From assembly GCA_965205655.1 (NCBI GenBank), contig CBDBIJ010000035.1, positions 1-58,213 of the forward strand: a stretch of 58,213 bases of DNA, in the 5' to 3' direction. This document shows, in pieces, positions 9,467 through 19,160 of the stretch. Every line of letters starts with the position of its first letter. Positions within the stretch are counted from its first letter, which is position 1. This stretch comes from Candidatus Latescibacterota bacterium. Lineage in GTDB: Bacteria > Latescibacterota > UBA2968 > UBA8231. Made by a program: the position numbers and the translations under genes. The notes beneath the pieces were generated by a model, which worked only from the letters and a program-made list of their open reading frames with translations, had not been told where the DNA came from and made no database searches.

Positions 9467-10790
9467 GGTCAAGGCCCAGTTTCAGTTGAAACAAATCACA
9501 GGCTCTGGTGAGTGTGTCAGCCCATCATCGCGAGCTGTTTGATGCCGAGTTCGGCTTGTATGGCTTGCCGGAGCATCGGCAGATGGCGATAGCCCTTGAC
9601 CCTGCGCAGACGTGGTTCGATGTCGAGCAGTGCCGTGGCTACCCAACGGTGACGCTGTGATGAGTTGGTCCAGCGTCGCACGTTGTGTGTGAGCTGCTCC
9701 AGGAGACTGTTGACGTTCTCGATGCAGTTGGTGGTGCGGAAGGAATCCTTGAGCATCGGCGTCAGTCCCAACCGATGGAGTGTGAGGGTCTCTTCCATGC
9801 CTTCCTCGAGGCTGTGTAGGGCGGACTGATTCATCAACTTCAAGCCCGGTTTGAGCGCGTCCAGTGCCGCCTTGGCCGCCTCGTATCTCGGTTTGCCGTA
9901 GGCCGCCTCCATCTTGCGACCCATACCGGACTGCTCGCTTTTGGACAGATACGACACGACGTTCTGGCGCTTGTGATACTGGCAGCGCTGCACGCAGGCA
10001 TGTCCTTTGAGCACCGACATCACCGCCTTGTAAAGCCCCTTGGCGCCGTCGATGACGACCAACAGTCCGGCTTCGTACTGCATACCGCGTTCGACCAGAT
10101 CGGACAGGAAGCGACGGCAGACGCGCTCGTTTTCCGTGGCCGCCTGCACGAAGCCAAGAGGAATCTTCTGTCCGTCGAGGGTGACGCCCAGGGCGATGAT
10201 GATCTCCTCGTCCGCGAAGCTCTTGCCGTCGAGGAATAGCGCCACCAGATCATATCCTTCCAGGGATCGCTCCTGGAATTCAGCCAGCTTTCGAGCCGTG
10301 CCTTTCACGTAACGACGGGACACCGATGAGGATGACAGACCAAAGGCCTCGGGTACGGCCTCAGCGCAGGCCTCGTAGTTGCGCGTGGCGATGCCCTTCA
10401 GCATCCGCAACAGCAGACCTTCGTCCATCTGTCGAGGCGTCTGCAGTGCCTGGTAAACATCCAGCGGGACCTCGGTATGGTTGGCCACGTTGCGCACCCG
10501 CGGCACATCGACGGGTAGTTTCTGGTCGGCCAGGTACACCGACCCGAGCTGAGACCCCCAGCGGCGTAACGGCTGATCCGACCCCTTGCGCTGATACCGC
10601 GGCCCAGCCAACTCAACGACCGCTCTTTGCAGCTCCTCCGCGACCGCCTGCAGCCCCAAGGGAATCAGCCATTGGATCGCCTCGATCCGGCCATCCAGGT
10701 CCTCTACTTGCTCTGCAGTCTCGGGTGCTACCTTGCCGATGCTCACCGTTCGTTTGACGCCCTTCTTCCGTGCTACTAGCTTGCTCATTG
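9467..10790 (-). mobile_element. IS256-family lineage A copy 2; right end intact, left IR and leader lost
   Basis: GGTCAAGGCCC end at 9467. Near-identical to copy 1, but similarity stops just upstream of the ATG. Confidence 0.9.
9517..10788 (-). CDS. IS256-family transposase (423 aa, intact frame)
   Basis: MSKLVARKK...; DDE motifs LFLDGK, VIDGAKG and RTTNCIE. Confidence 0.92.
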   Translation of the reverse strand: MSKLVARKKGVKRTVSIGKVAPETAEQVEDLDGRIEAIQWLIPLGLQAVAEELQRAVVELAGPRYQRKGSDQPLRRWGSQLGSVYLADQKLPVDVPRVRNVANHTEVPLDVYQALQTPRQMDEGLLLRMLKGIATRNYEACAEAVPEAFGLSSSSVSRRYVKGTARKLAEFQERSLEGYDLVALFLDGKSFADEEIIIALGVTLDGQKIPLGFVQAATENERVCRRFLSDLVERGMQYEAGLLVVIDGAKGLYKAVMSVLKGHACVQRCQYHKRQNVVSYLSKSEQSGMGRKMEAAYGKPRYEAAKAALDALKPGLKLMNQSALHSLEEGMEETLTLHRLGLTPMLKDSFRTTNCIENVNSLLEQLTHNVRRWTNSSQRHRWVATALLDIEPRLRRVKGYRHLPMLRQAIQAELGIKQLAMMG

Positions 10791-10812
10791 CTCCCCACAG
10801 GCTCCTTTTGTG

Positions 10813-12239
10813 GGTCAAGTCCCATTTTCAGTTGAAACAGAGCACAGGCTCGGGTGATGTTCTCAGCCCGTCATCGCGAGCTGTTTGATGCCGAGCTCGG
10901 TTTGAAGAGCTTGACGGAGCGTTGACAGGTGGTGGTAGCCCTTGACTCTGCGCAGTCGGTCCTCGATGTCGAGCAGCGCCGTGGCTGCCCAGCGGTGACG
11001 CTGCGAGGAGTTCGTCCAGTGCCGCACGTTGCGCGTGAGCTGGCCCAGGAGGCTGTTGACGTTCTCGATGCAGTTGGTGGTGCGGAAGGAATCCTTGAGC
11101 ATCGGCATCAGTCCCAGGCGATGGAGCGTCAGGGTTTCTTCCAGGCCTTCCTCGAGGCTCTTCAGAGCAGATTGGTTCATCAGTTTCAGACCGGGCTTGA
11201 GCGCTTTCAGGGTCGCCTTCGCCTCTTCGTAGGTGGGCTTATTGTAGGCCGCCTCAATCTTGCGACGGACTCGGGCCTGTTCACTTTTCGGCAGGTACGA
11301 CACGACGTTCTTGCGCTTGTGATACTGGCAGCGCTGCACACAGGCATGGCCCTTCAGCACCGACATTACCGCCTTGTAGAGGCCCTTGGCGCCGTCGATC
11401 AACACCAGCAACCCGGCCTCGTATTGCAGGCCCCTGTCGACCAAGTCGGCCAGGAAGCGGCGACAGACGCGCTCGTTCTCGGTGGCGGCCTCCACGAAAC
11501 CCAGCGGGATCTTGTGCCCGTCAAGGGTGACGCCCAGAGCGATGATGAGCTCTTCGTCCGCGAAGCTCTTGCCGTCGAGAAACAGCGCCACCAGGTCGTA
11601 GCCTTCCAGGGAGCGCTCCTGGAATTCGGCCAGCTTGCGAGCCGTGCCCTTCACGTAGCGACGGGAGACCGACGAGCGTGACAGGCCGAACGTCTCCGGT
11701 ACGGTCTCGGCGCAGTCCTCGTAGTTGCGAGTGGCGATACCCTTCAACACCTTCTGCAGCAGTCCTTCGTCCATTTTCCGGGGCGTCTGCAGGGCCTGGT
11801 AGGCGTCCAGCGCGACCTCCGTGTCGCTGTCGACGTTGCGTACCCGGGGCACCTCTACGGGTACCTTCTGATCACCCGGATATACCGATCCCCGCTGAGA
11901 GCCCCAGCGACGGTACGGCTGATCTGACTCCTTGCGTTGATACCGGCGCCCGGCCAATTCCATGACCGCCCTCTGCAGCTCTTCGGCCACCGCCTCCAGT
12001 CCGAGAGGGACCAGCAGCTGGATCGCCTCGATTCTAGCATCCAGATCCTCTGCCACAGCTCCTGCCGCTGGATCCACGGTGCCGATTTCAACCGTGCGTT
12101 TGACGCGCTTCTTCCGTGCTGATAGCTTGCCCATTGCAGGCTCCTTTCTTGTTACCCACACGAGATTCTTTCCAGGATTTCTCGTAAGAAGGTAACGATG
12201 GGGAGCCTGTGCTGTTTCAACTAAGATCGGGACAAAGCG
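10813..12239 (-). mobile_element. IS256-family lineage B copy 1, complete ends, no matching TSD
   Basis: Ends GGTCAAGTCCCATTTTCAGTTGAAACA and CGCTTTGTCCCGATCTTAGTTGAAACA. Diverged relative of lineage A. Confidence 0.92.
10863..12134 (-). CDS. IS256-family transposase (423 aa)
   Basis: SD AAAGGAG, MGKLSARKK..., same DDE motifs. Confidence 0.92.
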   Translation of the reverse strand: MGKLSARKKRVKRTVEIGTVDPAAGAVAEDLDARIEAIQLLVPLGLEAVAEELQRAVMELAGRRYQRKESDQPYRRWGSQRGSVYPGDQKVPVEVPRVRNVDSDTEVALDAYQALQTPRKMDEGLLQKVLKGIATRNYEDCAETVPETFGLSRSSVSRRYVKGTARKLAEFQERSLEGYDLVALFLDGKSFADEELIIALGVTLDGHKIPLGFVEAATENERVCRRFLADLVDRGLQYEAGLLVLIDGAKGLYKAVMSVLKGHACVQRCQYHKRKNVVSYLPKSEQARVRRKIEAAYNKPTYEEAKATLKALKPGLKLMNQSALKSLEEGLEETLTLHRLGLMPMLKDSFRTTNCIENVNSLLGQLTRNVRHWTNSSQRHRWAATALLDIEDRLRRVKGYHHLSTLRQALQTELGIKQLAMTG

Positions 12240-12241
12240 CG

Positions 12242-13063
12242 ATGGTCTGTTTCGCCGCAGGCATACTAACCTGCCTTGGAGGTCTGCGTGACCAGGCGTT
12301 GGCGGGAGCGTGGAGTCAGCCGAAAGGACACTACTACGCCAAGCTCTCGGGGATATTGTACACCTCCGACGAGGTCTACAACGATATGGGGGTTCGCCAG
12401 GCTCAAGGAATGGACAACGACAGCTTCGATGGAACGCAGGGGTTCCTGTATGTCGAATACGGCCTGCAAGATCGCCTCACCATCATCGGCCAGGTCAACG
12501 CCGGCGTGTTGGCATCGATGAACGACCTGGTGAAGAGCGAGACGACCGGCATCGGCGACTTCGATATCGGCGCCAAGTACCAACTCGTCGACGGGCCCAT
12601 TGTGCTGACCCCGTTCGTCACCATGAAGATACCGACCGGCTACAACGAGCATTACGACCCCCCCATGGGGACCGGCAACGCCGATCTCGAGCTGCGACTA
12701 CTGGCGGCGCGTTCCCTCTACCCGCTGCCACTCTACATCGGTGTCGAGAGCGGCTACCGCTTCCGAAAGGGGGAGTACTCCAACCAGATTCCGTACTTCG
12801 TCGAACTCGGGGCCACGCCCCAACCCAAGCTGTTCGTGAAGGGATACGTCGCAGGTGTGGACACGAGAGTGGGCTCGGAGGAGAGCATTGGCGAGGTGGG
12901 CAACCTGCAGGTTTCAGAAGGGAATTTTGCAAAAATGGGGATCAACGGCGCGTACAACCTCACCGGTCGCCTCTGGATAGACATTCTGGCCGAGCGAACC
13001 TTTGACGGAGAGAACGTCGGAGCCGGCGTTTCCTGGGGGTTCGGCGTGTCATACAGCTACTGA
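12242..13063 (+). CDS. Putative outer-membrane beta-barrel protein; 5' end may be clipped by the IS
   Basis: Signal-like segment ending ALA-GAWSQPKG, alternating amphipathic strands, GIGDFDIGAKY and KIPTGY motifs, C-terminal aromatic beta-signal GFGVSYSY. Confidence 0.7.
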   Translation: MVCFAAGILTCLGGLRDQALAGAWSQPKGHYYAKLSGILYTSDEVYNDMGVRQAQGMDNDSFDGTQGFLYVEYGLQDRLTIIGQVNAGVLASMNDLVKSETTGIGDFDIGAKYQLVDGPIVLTPFVTMKIPTGYNEHYDPPMGTGNADLELRLLAARSLYPLPLYIGVESGYRFRKGEYSNQIPYFVELGATPQPKLFVKGYVAGVDTRVGSEESIGEVGNLQVSEGNFAKMGINGAYNLTGRLWIDILAERTFDGENVGAGVSWGFGVSYSY

Positions 13064-13090
13064 ACCAGCTATCGCACGAGGAGGACGACA

Positions 13091-14230
13091 ATGCAAGCGC
13101 AGAACAGACGACAGTTTCTGAAGACGAGCGGAGCCGTGGCGATCTCCGCCGTCGTGCCATCATTCGGTTGTGACAGCAACAAGGTGACTGTTCGCAGCAT
13201 GCCTACCTCGCCTTCTGACACGCCGATGGACGATGTGGTGGACGGGATGCACCAGATCCCGATAACGCCGAACTTCCGGTTCTACTTGCAGTCGATCAAC
13301 GGCAAGAATTACGATCCCCGGATCAAGGAAGCCAATTGGCGACTGCGGGTGGACGGCCTGGTCGACAATCCGATAGCGGCCATGACATACGGCGAGATTC
13401 TCGACATGCCGATGACGGAGCTGCAGATGACGATGCAGTGCATCGGCAATTGGATCGGCGGACCGCTGGTGGGGAACGCGTGGTGGGCGGGCACGAAGTT
13501 CTCGAACATCCTCGACGAAGCGGGAGTGCAGGACGGGGCAATTCGCGTCAAGTTCACCAGCATCGACGGCTACGACACCTCCATTCCGTTGGATCGGGCC
13601 CTGCGAGATGAGGTGCTGCTCGCATGGGAGATGAACGGCAAGCGGCTACCCTCGAAGCACGGATTTCCCGTGCGGCTGATCAATCCCGGCCACTACGGGC
13701 AGAAGATGCCGAAGTGGATCACCCGAATCGAGCTGATCGATCACGTCCACCTCGGACATTGGGAGCGACAACCGGAGAGCAGGGATGACGTCAAATGGTC
13801 CGACCCGGCCATCGCTACGGTGAACTCTCGGATAGACGCCCCGCTGTCCGTTTGGGACGACACCAAGGATCCAGGCAACGGCGGTGTTACCGTGAGGCCT
13901 CAGACAATCAGAGGGACGGAGGGCGACACATTCACCATCCACGGGATCGCCATGGCTGGGGAACGCACGGTCGAGAAGGTCGAGGTGAGTACGAGCGGTG
14001 TTTTTGGCCGTTGGCAGGAGGCCCACATCATGACCCGAGCCGAGCCGAACGTATGGGTGACGTGGGAATACGAGTGGCCGCTACCGGCCACCGGAGAGTA
14101 CAAAATCGCGGCGCGCGCCACGGACAGAGAGGGCGTCACTCAGCCGCGGACAGACGCCGGAATCGATCTGTACGATGGACGTACCGGGTGGCACAATATA
14201 CCTGTCAATGTGGTGCGGTCCGAGGCGTGA
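13091..14230 (+). CDS. Sulfite oxidase-family molybdopterin oxidoreductase, Tat-exported lipoprotein
   Basis: Tat motif NRRQFLK and lipobox SFGC. Motifs WRLRVDGLV, MQCIGN (Mo-binding Cys), LAWEMNG...HGFPVRL.PG.YG.KMPKW, and a C-terminal dimerisation domain. Confidence 0.9.
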   Translation: MQAQNRRQFLKTSGAVAISAVVPSFGCDSNKVTVRSMPTSPSDTPMDDVVDGMHQIPITPNFRFYLQSINGKNYDPRIKEANWRLRVDGLVDNPIAAMTYGEILDMPMTELQMTMQCIGNWIGGPLVGNAWWAGTKFSNILDEAGVQDGAIRVKFTSIDGYDTSIPLDRALRDEVLLAWEMNGKRLPSKHGFPVRLINPGHYGQKMPKWITRIELIDHVHLGHWERQPESRDDVKWSDPAIATVNSRIDAPLSVWDDTKDPGNGGVTVRPQTIRGTEGDTFTIHGIAMAGERTVEKVEVSTSGVFGRWQEAHIMTRAEPNVWVTWEYEWPLPATGEYKIAARATDREGVTQPRTDAGIDLYDGRTGWHNIPVNVVRSEA

Positions 14231-14285
14231 GTACTAGGCGCCGATGGGAGTTCGATGAATAGGAACGGCTCGAGCGTTGAAACCC

Positions 14286-14576
14286 CTACTCGTCGTCCGG
14301 AAACCAGTTGTCGATCCTGTCTCTGACCGCTCTGGCCTGGTTGGGGCTGGAAATCTCGAACTTGCTGCGCTGTAAGTAGCTTCGCTCCCGCTTCTGGTAG
14401 CGGCGGATGGAAACCTTTTGGGGGCCGTACTCTCCCGACTTGCGGTCCAGGTCCTGATAGAGGAACATGATCGTCGTCCAGGACCCCTTGCTCAACACCT
14501 CCTTGTCCAGCTGCTTCCTGAGCACCTGTCCGTCTTCTTCGTACTGAATTGACAGTTCGTCAATCGTCTCAGCCAT
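14286..14576 (-). CDS. Conserved hypothetical protein (96 aa)
   Basis: MAETIDELSIQYEEDG...KEVLSKGSWTTIMFLYQD...IRRYQKR, protein-like composition. Confidence 0.75.
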   Translation of the reverse strand: MAETIDELSIQYEEDGQVLRKQLDKEVLSKGSWTTIMFLYQDLDRKSGEYGPQKVSIRRYQKRERSYLQRSKFEISSPNQARAVRDRIDNWFPDDE

Positions 14577-14649
14577 AACGCAAATAAAGGCCAACCCGGA
14601 GAGCCTGGCAACCGTTTTCTATGGCGAGCGCCCTGAGCAGACCGGCGCG

Positions 14650-14678
14650 TCGACGTTCGGGACGAGTTTAGGTATACT
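14650..14678 (+). promoter_or_regulatory. sigma70-type promoter TCGACG-N17-TATACT for the oxidoreductase
   Basis: Consensus-like hexamers with a 17-nt spacer. This favours ATG 14729 over 14681. Confidence 0.55.
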
Positions 14679-14728
14679 TCATGCAAGTTCCGCAAAAACC
14701 TGTGGATACACCTAATCAAGCGAGGCGG

Positions 14729-17700
14729 ATGGAAGCGCGAATCGAGGACAAGTACAGACGCGAAGAGGGCGTCGTCTTCCTCACGGGCATCGAGGCGATC
14801 GTCCGTCTCCTCATCGACAAGCAGCGGCGTGATGGTGCGTTGCTCGGCGACATAAACCAGACCTTTCTTTCCGGCTACGAGGGTTCGCCGCTGGGAGGAC
14901 TCGATCTGAAGGTTGCGGAGTGCATGCACCTTCTCAACGAACGCGGACGCACCGTTCACCAGTTTGGTATCAACGAGAAGACGGCGGCATCGGCCATGTT
15001 GGGGACGCAGTACGCTCCCTCCGGCGATGTAGACGCATTCTGGTACGGCAAAGCCCACGGCGCCATGTGGATCCCGGATGAGGTGTGGCTGGCGAACCTC
15101 GCGGGCAGTGGTCGCAGGGGCTCGATGGTGCTGCTGTGCGGCGAGGATCATCGATCCAAGAGCTCGGTATCGCCCGGAACCAGCGATTGGGTCTTACGCA
15201 GCAGTCTCGTGCCGATCTTCTATCCGTCGAGTATCGCGGAGATCCTGTCGCTGGGTATGCACGCCGTGCTTCTGTCCCGCTATCTGGGGCTCGTCACGGC
15301 CCTGAAGCTGGTGACGCCGATCTGCGACGGAGCCAGCACCGTCGACGTGGGGAGGGCCGCCACTGCGCCGTCGCTGCCTGATGAGGCCTACCGCAAGGCC
15401 TTCAGCCCCATCGTCATGGCTCTCGGGGCGGTGCCCATGCAGCGAGAGCTCGTCGAGCGAAAGTTGCCCCTCGCAGAGCAGTACGTCCGGCTCAATGGCA
15501 TCAACAGGATTCACGACGGCGATGCCGGGATCGACGTCGGCATCATCGCCACCGGAAAGAGCTATACCGATGTGCGTCAGGCTCTCAAGATCATGGATGT
15601 CCGGCTCCCGGTACTGCAGCTCGCGGTTTCGTTTCCGCTCGACAGGAAAACGGTACGCGAATTCGCCGCTTCGGGGCTGAAGACCGTCATCGTCGTCGAG
15701 GAGCCGGGACCCTTCGTCGAGGACGGCATCAAGGCGGCGTTATGGGGTACGGGGGTGGAAGAGGTGTTCGGCAAGTGGGACGAAGATGGCAGACCGTTTA
15801 TCCCCGCCCACGGCGAGGTGGAGCCCGAGGAACTGGTGCGGCTACTGTGGCCGAGACTTCGTTCGCGAGCTGGCGGCGATGGCGGCAAAGTCGAACGCCT
15901 CGAGCGCATACTCGAGCGCTCTTACCCGGACGTCCCATCGGTGGCACCCATGTTGTGTGGCGGCTGCCCCTACAATTCGTTTCGGGATCTGGACGAAAAG
16001 CCCGGTGGGGCCATCGGTTGCAGTTCCATTCGAGCCATGGAGGCCTACGATCTGGGAGTGCTCTACATCCCTACTATGGGCGCGGGAGGATCGATCTACA
16101 GCGGCACGGCGCCCTTCAACGCCAACCGGCACATTTACCAGTATCTGGGCGACGGTAGCTACTTCCACAGCGGTAGAGGAGCTGTTCAAAGCTGTGTGCA
16201 GGCCGAGGTGAACATCACGTTTCTGCTTCTGTTCAACGGGGCCGTGGCACTCACGGGAGGTCAGCAGCCGGCTGGCGCTCGCTCGGTGGAAGACGTGGCG
16301 CAGGAGCTTCTTTCACTCGGGGTGAAGGAGGTCGGAATCGTCAGCGAGGACACGGCCCGGTACGCCTCGCGCTCCCAAGGCGATGGAGTTCGCGTCTATG
16401 GCCTCGAGCGTCACGCCGAAGCGCTACAACATCACAAGACGCTTTCCGGAACGACGGCACTGATTCTCGACAAGGAGTGTGCTACCGAGATAGGCAGGCG
16501 ACGTCGACGCGAGGGCCTCAAGACGGAGAGATTCGTTCTCATCCACGACGAAATTTGCGAGGGGTGCGGGGACTGCTACCGCAAATCCGAAGGCTGTGCG
16601 GCGCTCTTCAATACCGACACTGAGTTCGGCCCCAAGACCCAGATCAGACAGACAAACTGCGTGCAGGACGAGCTGTGTCTTGACGGAGAGTGCCCGTCAT
16701 TCTTAACCGTGAAGACATCGAGAGGAGTGGGGCTCAGACGCCGACGTCCAGAATGTCCATCCGAACTGCCGGAACCACGAGAGAAGGCGAGTGCGGATGG
16801 TTCGTACAGCATCTTTGCTGTGGGGCGGGGCGGAACCGGTGTAGTCACGATCTCCCACCTGCTCGCCCACGCGGCGATGGCAGACGGATTGCACGTCTAT
16901 CTGTCGAACAGCACCGGTCTGGCGCAAAAGGGAGGACCGGTGGAGGCTCCGATGGTTCTGAGCCGGAGACTGCAGCCGGCATTCAACAGACTGACTCCGG
17001 GTGCTGCCGATCTCTACCTCGGGTTCGATCTGCTGAGGGCGGCGGAGCCGGAGAATCTCCAGTTTGCCGCCGCCGACAGGACGGTGGCCGCGGTGAGCAC
17101 CGCACGGTTGCCCACTGCGTCGATGAACCGCGATCCGGAGCGGAGTTTCCCAGACCCGGATCGGCTCGCCGACCTCATCGATGAGTGCTCGAGCAAAACC
17201 GACAACCTCTACCTCGACACCTACTGGCTGGCCGAGCAGCTCTTCGGCGATACCCTGTACGCCAATATCCTGCTGCTTGGCGCGGCATATCAGGCCGGCC
17301 TCATTCCGGTAAAGCCGGAATCCATCGAGTCGGCGCTTAGGCTCAACGGCAAGGCCGTCGAAACCAACATTCAGGCCTTCCGCTGGGGGAGGTTGGCGGT
17401 GGCTGACGCAACGGCGCTCGAAAGACAGGTGGGCGCGCCGAGGCCCGACGGGGAAGAAGCGGTTGCCGCCAATCGCCGGCGACTTGAATCGAAACCGGAA
17501 CAGCTCGCACTACACGACGAGCTGCTTCGATCGTTGTCCATCGATACTGAGGGCAGGCGGCAGTTGAGCGTGCGGATCGCCGAACTGTGTGACTATCAGA
17601 GCACGGCATACGCGCGAGAGTACGGGGAGTTCGTCCTCGACGTGTGGCGTGCCGAGCAGGGGTTCCCCGACCGGGGGTGGAAGCTGACCCGGGCGGTGAT

Positions 17701-18184
17701 CGTCTGCCTCTACAAGCTCATGGCCTACAAGGACGAGTACGAAATTGCCAGATTGGCGACGGGCCCTTCAGCGAGCGCCAGAATTCGCCAGCTCTTCGAC
17801 GGTCCAGTCCGAGTTTATTACAACCTGGATCCGCCGAGCCTGAGATGGCTCGGCATCGGAAAAATCGAGCTCGGTCCGTGGTTTCGCGGGATCATGACGT
17901 GCCTCCGTTGCTTTCGGGGCCTTCGCGGGACGTGGGCGGATCCTTTCGGCAGGACGAGCTGCAGAAGGCTCGAGCGCGAGTTGGTGGGCTGGTATCGACA
18001 GGTGATAACGGAGGCGATTGTGGGTCTCGATCAAAATACCTATGGCGTCGTCGTCAACATCGCAGAATCGCCAGATGGAATACGGGGCTACGAAGAGGTG
18101 AAGGTGCGGTCGGCGTCCCAAGTTCGGCAGAAGGTGGAGGAGCAACTCGGGCAGTTGCGGAGCTCGGCGGTCGTTCGCATCTGA
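14729..18184 (+). CDS. Indolepyruvate:ferredoxin oxidoreductase family protein, fused alpha/beta
   Basis: Motifs SGYEGSPLGG, GINEKTAA, CGGCP, TPP motif GDGSYFHSG, ferredoxin CEGCGDC, GLAQKGGPV and YKLMAYKDEYEIARL. Confidence 0.92.
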   Translation: MEARIEDKYRREEGVVFLTGIEAIVRLLIDKQRRDGALLGDINQTFLSGYEGSPLGGLDLKVAECMHLLNERGRTVHQFGINEKTAASAMLGTQYAPSGDVDAFWYGKAHGAMWIPDEVWLANLAGSGRRGSMVLLCGEDHRSKSSVSPGTSDWVLRSSLVPIFYPSSIAEILSLGMHAVLLSRYLGLVTALKLVTPICDGASTVDVGRAATAPSLPDEAYRKAFSPIVMALGAVPMQRELVERKLPLAEQYVRLNGINRIHDGDAGIDVGIIATGKSYTDVRQALKIMDVRLPVLQLAVSFPLDRKTVREFAASGLKTVIVVEEPGPFVEDGIKAALWGTGVEEVFGKWDEDGRPFIPAHGEVEPEELVRLLWPRLRSRAGGDGGKVERLERILERSYPDVPSVAPMLCGGCPYNSFRDLDEKPGGAIGCSSIRAMEAYDLGVLYIPTMGAGGSIYSGTAPFNANRHIYQYLGDGSYFHSGRGAVQSCVQAEVNITFLLLFNGAVALTGGQQPAGARSVEDVAQELLSLGVKEVGIVSEDTARYASRSQGDGVRVYGLERHAEALQHHKTLSGTTALILDKECATEIGRRRRREGLKTERFVLIHDEICEGCGDCYRKSEGCAALFNTDTEFGPKTQIRQTNCVQDELCLDGECPSFLTVKTSRGVGLRRRRPECPSELPEPREKASADGSYSIFAVGRGGTGVVTISHLLAHAAMADGLHVYLSNSTGLAQKGGPVEAPMVLSRRLQPAFNRLTPGAADLYLGFDLLRAAEPENLQFAAADRTVAAVSTARLPTASMNRDPERSFPDPDRLADLIDECSSKTDNLYLDTYWLAEQLFGDTLYANILLLGAAYQAGLIPVKPESIESALRLNGKAVETNIQAFRWGRLAVADATALERQVGAPRPDGEEAVAANRRRLESKPEQLALHDELLRSLSIDTEGRRQLSVRIAELCDYQSTAYAREYGEFVLDVWRAEQGFPDRGWKLTRAVIVCLYKLMAYKDEYEIARLATGPSASARIRQLFDGPVRVYYNLDPPSLRWLGIGKIELGPWFRGIMTCLRCFRGLRGTWADPFGRTSCRRLERELVGWYRQVITEAIVGLDQNTYGVVVNIAESPDGIRGYEEVKVRSASQVRQKVEEQLGQLRSSAVVRI

Positions 18185-18203
18185 CTTGCCCGAGTCGGAC
18201 AAG

Positions 18204-19160
18204 TCAGCCAGCGTGAACGTCGATGTCGACGATACGACTTGTTCGCAGTGACTTCTTCAGCCCTCGCAGAAGCCGCGCTGCCAGAGGAGGCTGGCTGATG
18301 GCAAGCCCGGCGCGAGCGTCTGGTGCTCCGGCTTCGTCGTCCAGTGAGCGCAGGAAGCCGCTGAGCATCTCAGGTTCGGCGTAGAGCGATTCATCAAAGC
18401 AGAGCGTCGGTTGCGCCGCGGGCCAACGGCCCGCCGGTACCCCGGCGGCGGGCAGGACGGCGACGGCGTTGGCCGCAATCTGACTCGATATGGTGCCGCC
18501 GGTGCCAAGCAGCAGGATGTCGGGGGTCGCGGACCAGCTCGACGGCAGCACGCACAACAAACCGGAGGCGCCCGCCCGCACAGTCACGGTCGCGGTGGCA
18601 TGGCATGAACGTCGATCGCGATTGGCGACAACGGATAATGTGTGAAGCGGTGATCGCAGCAGGTCGAGCGATTGCCCAAGCATGTCCCACAACCCCCACC
18701 ATGCGGCAACAACGCCGGTCCCTCCGCCTCGCAGGATCCGCACATAGACCGGCTTCCCGAATTCGCTTCTGCTTCTGTGCGTCATCAGCGACTGGTGCAA
18801 TCTTGAGCTGGCGAGTCTATCGACGACATGCAGCCGCCCTCTGATATCAGCGGCGATAGCCGCCAAGCTCTCCTGCTCCCGGGACGACAGGTTGAGCGGC
18901 CCTACGGTGAGAATGTGGGCGCCGCGTCGAAGTCCTGCCATGATCGTCTCGTTCATCGCCCCGAACGGAGTGAGGATGCAGATCAGGTCCGGGCGCGCCG
19001 TTTCCAACGCCTCCTCCCACCGCGAGAACACGTGCAGTGCGCCCAGCCCATCAAGTCTCTGTCGCGAGGGATTGAGAACGGCGGCGATCGGGACGGTCCT
19101 GCAGATCGCCTGCAGCAAATCTCGTTGTGCCGGACCACCTACAATGAGCAGAGTCCTCAA
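18204..19160 (-). CDS. Divergent Gfo/Idh/MocA-like oxidoreductase
   Basis: Weak Rossmann start, FSRWEEALETARPDLICILTP, AGLRRGAHIL and FGKPVYVR. TTGA overlap with the upstream gene. Confidence 0.55.
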   Translation of the reverse strand: MRTLLIVGGPAQRDLLQAICRTVPIAAVLNPSRQRLDGLGALHVFSRWEEALETARPDLICILTPFGAMNETIMAGLRRGAHILTVGPLNLSSREQESLAAIAADIRGRLHVVDRLASSRLHQSLMTHRSRSEFGKPVYVRILRGGGTGVVAAWWGLWDMLGQSLDLLRSPLHTLSVVANRDRRSCHATATVTVRAGASGLLCVLPSSWSATPDILLLGTGGTISSQIAANAVAVLPAAGVPAGRWPAAQPTLCFDESLYAEPEMLSGFLRSLDDEAGAPDARAGLAISQPPLAARLLRGLKKSLRTSRIVDIDVHAG

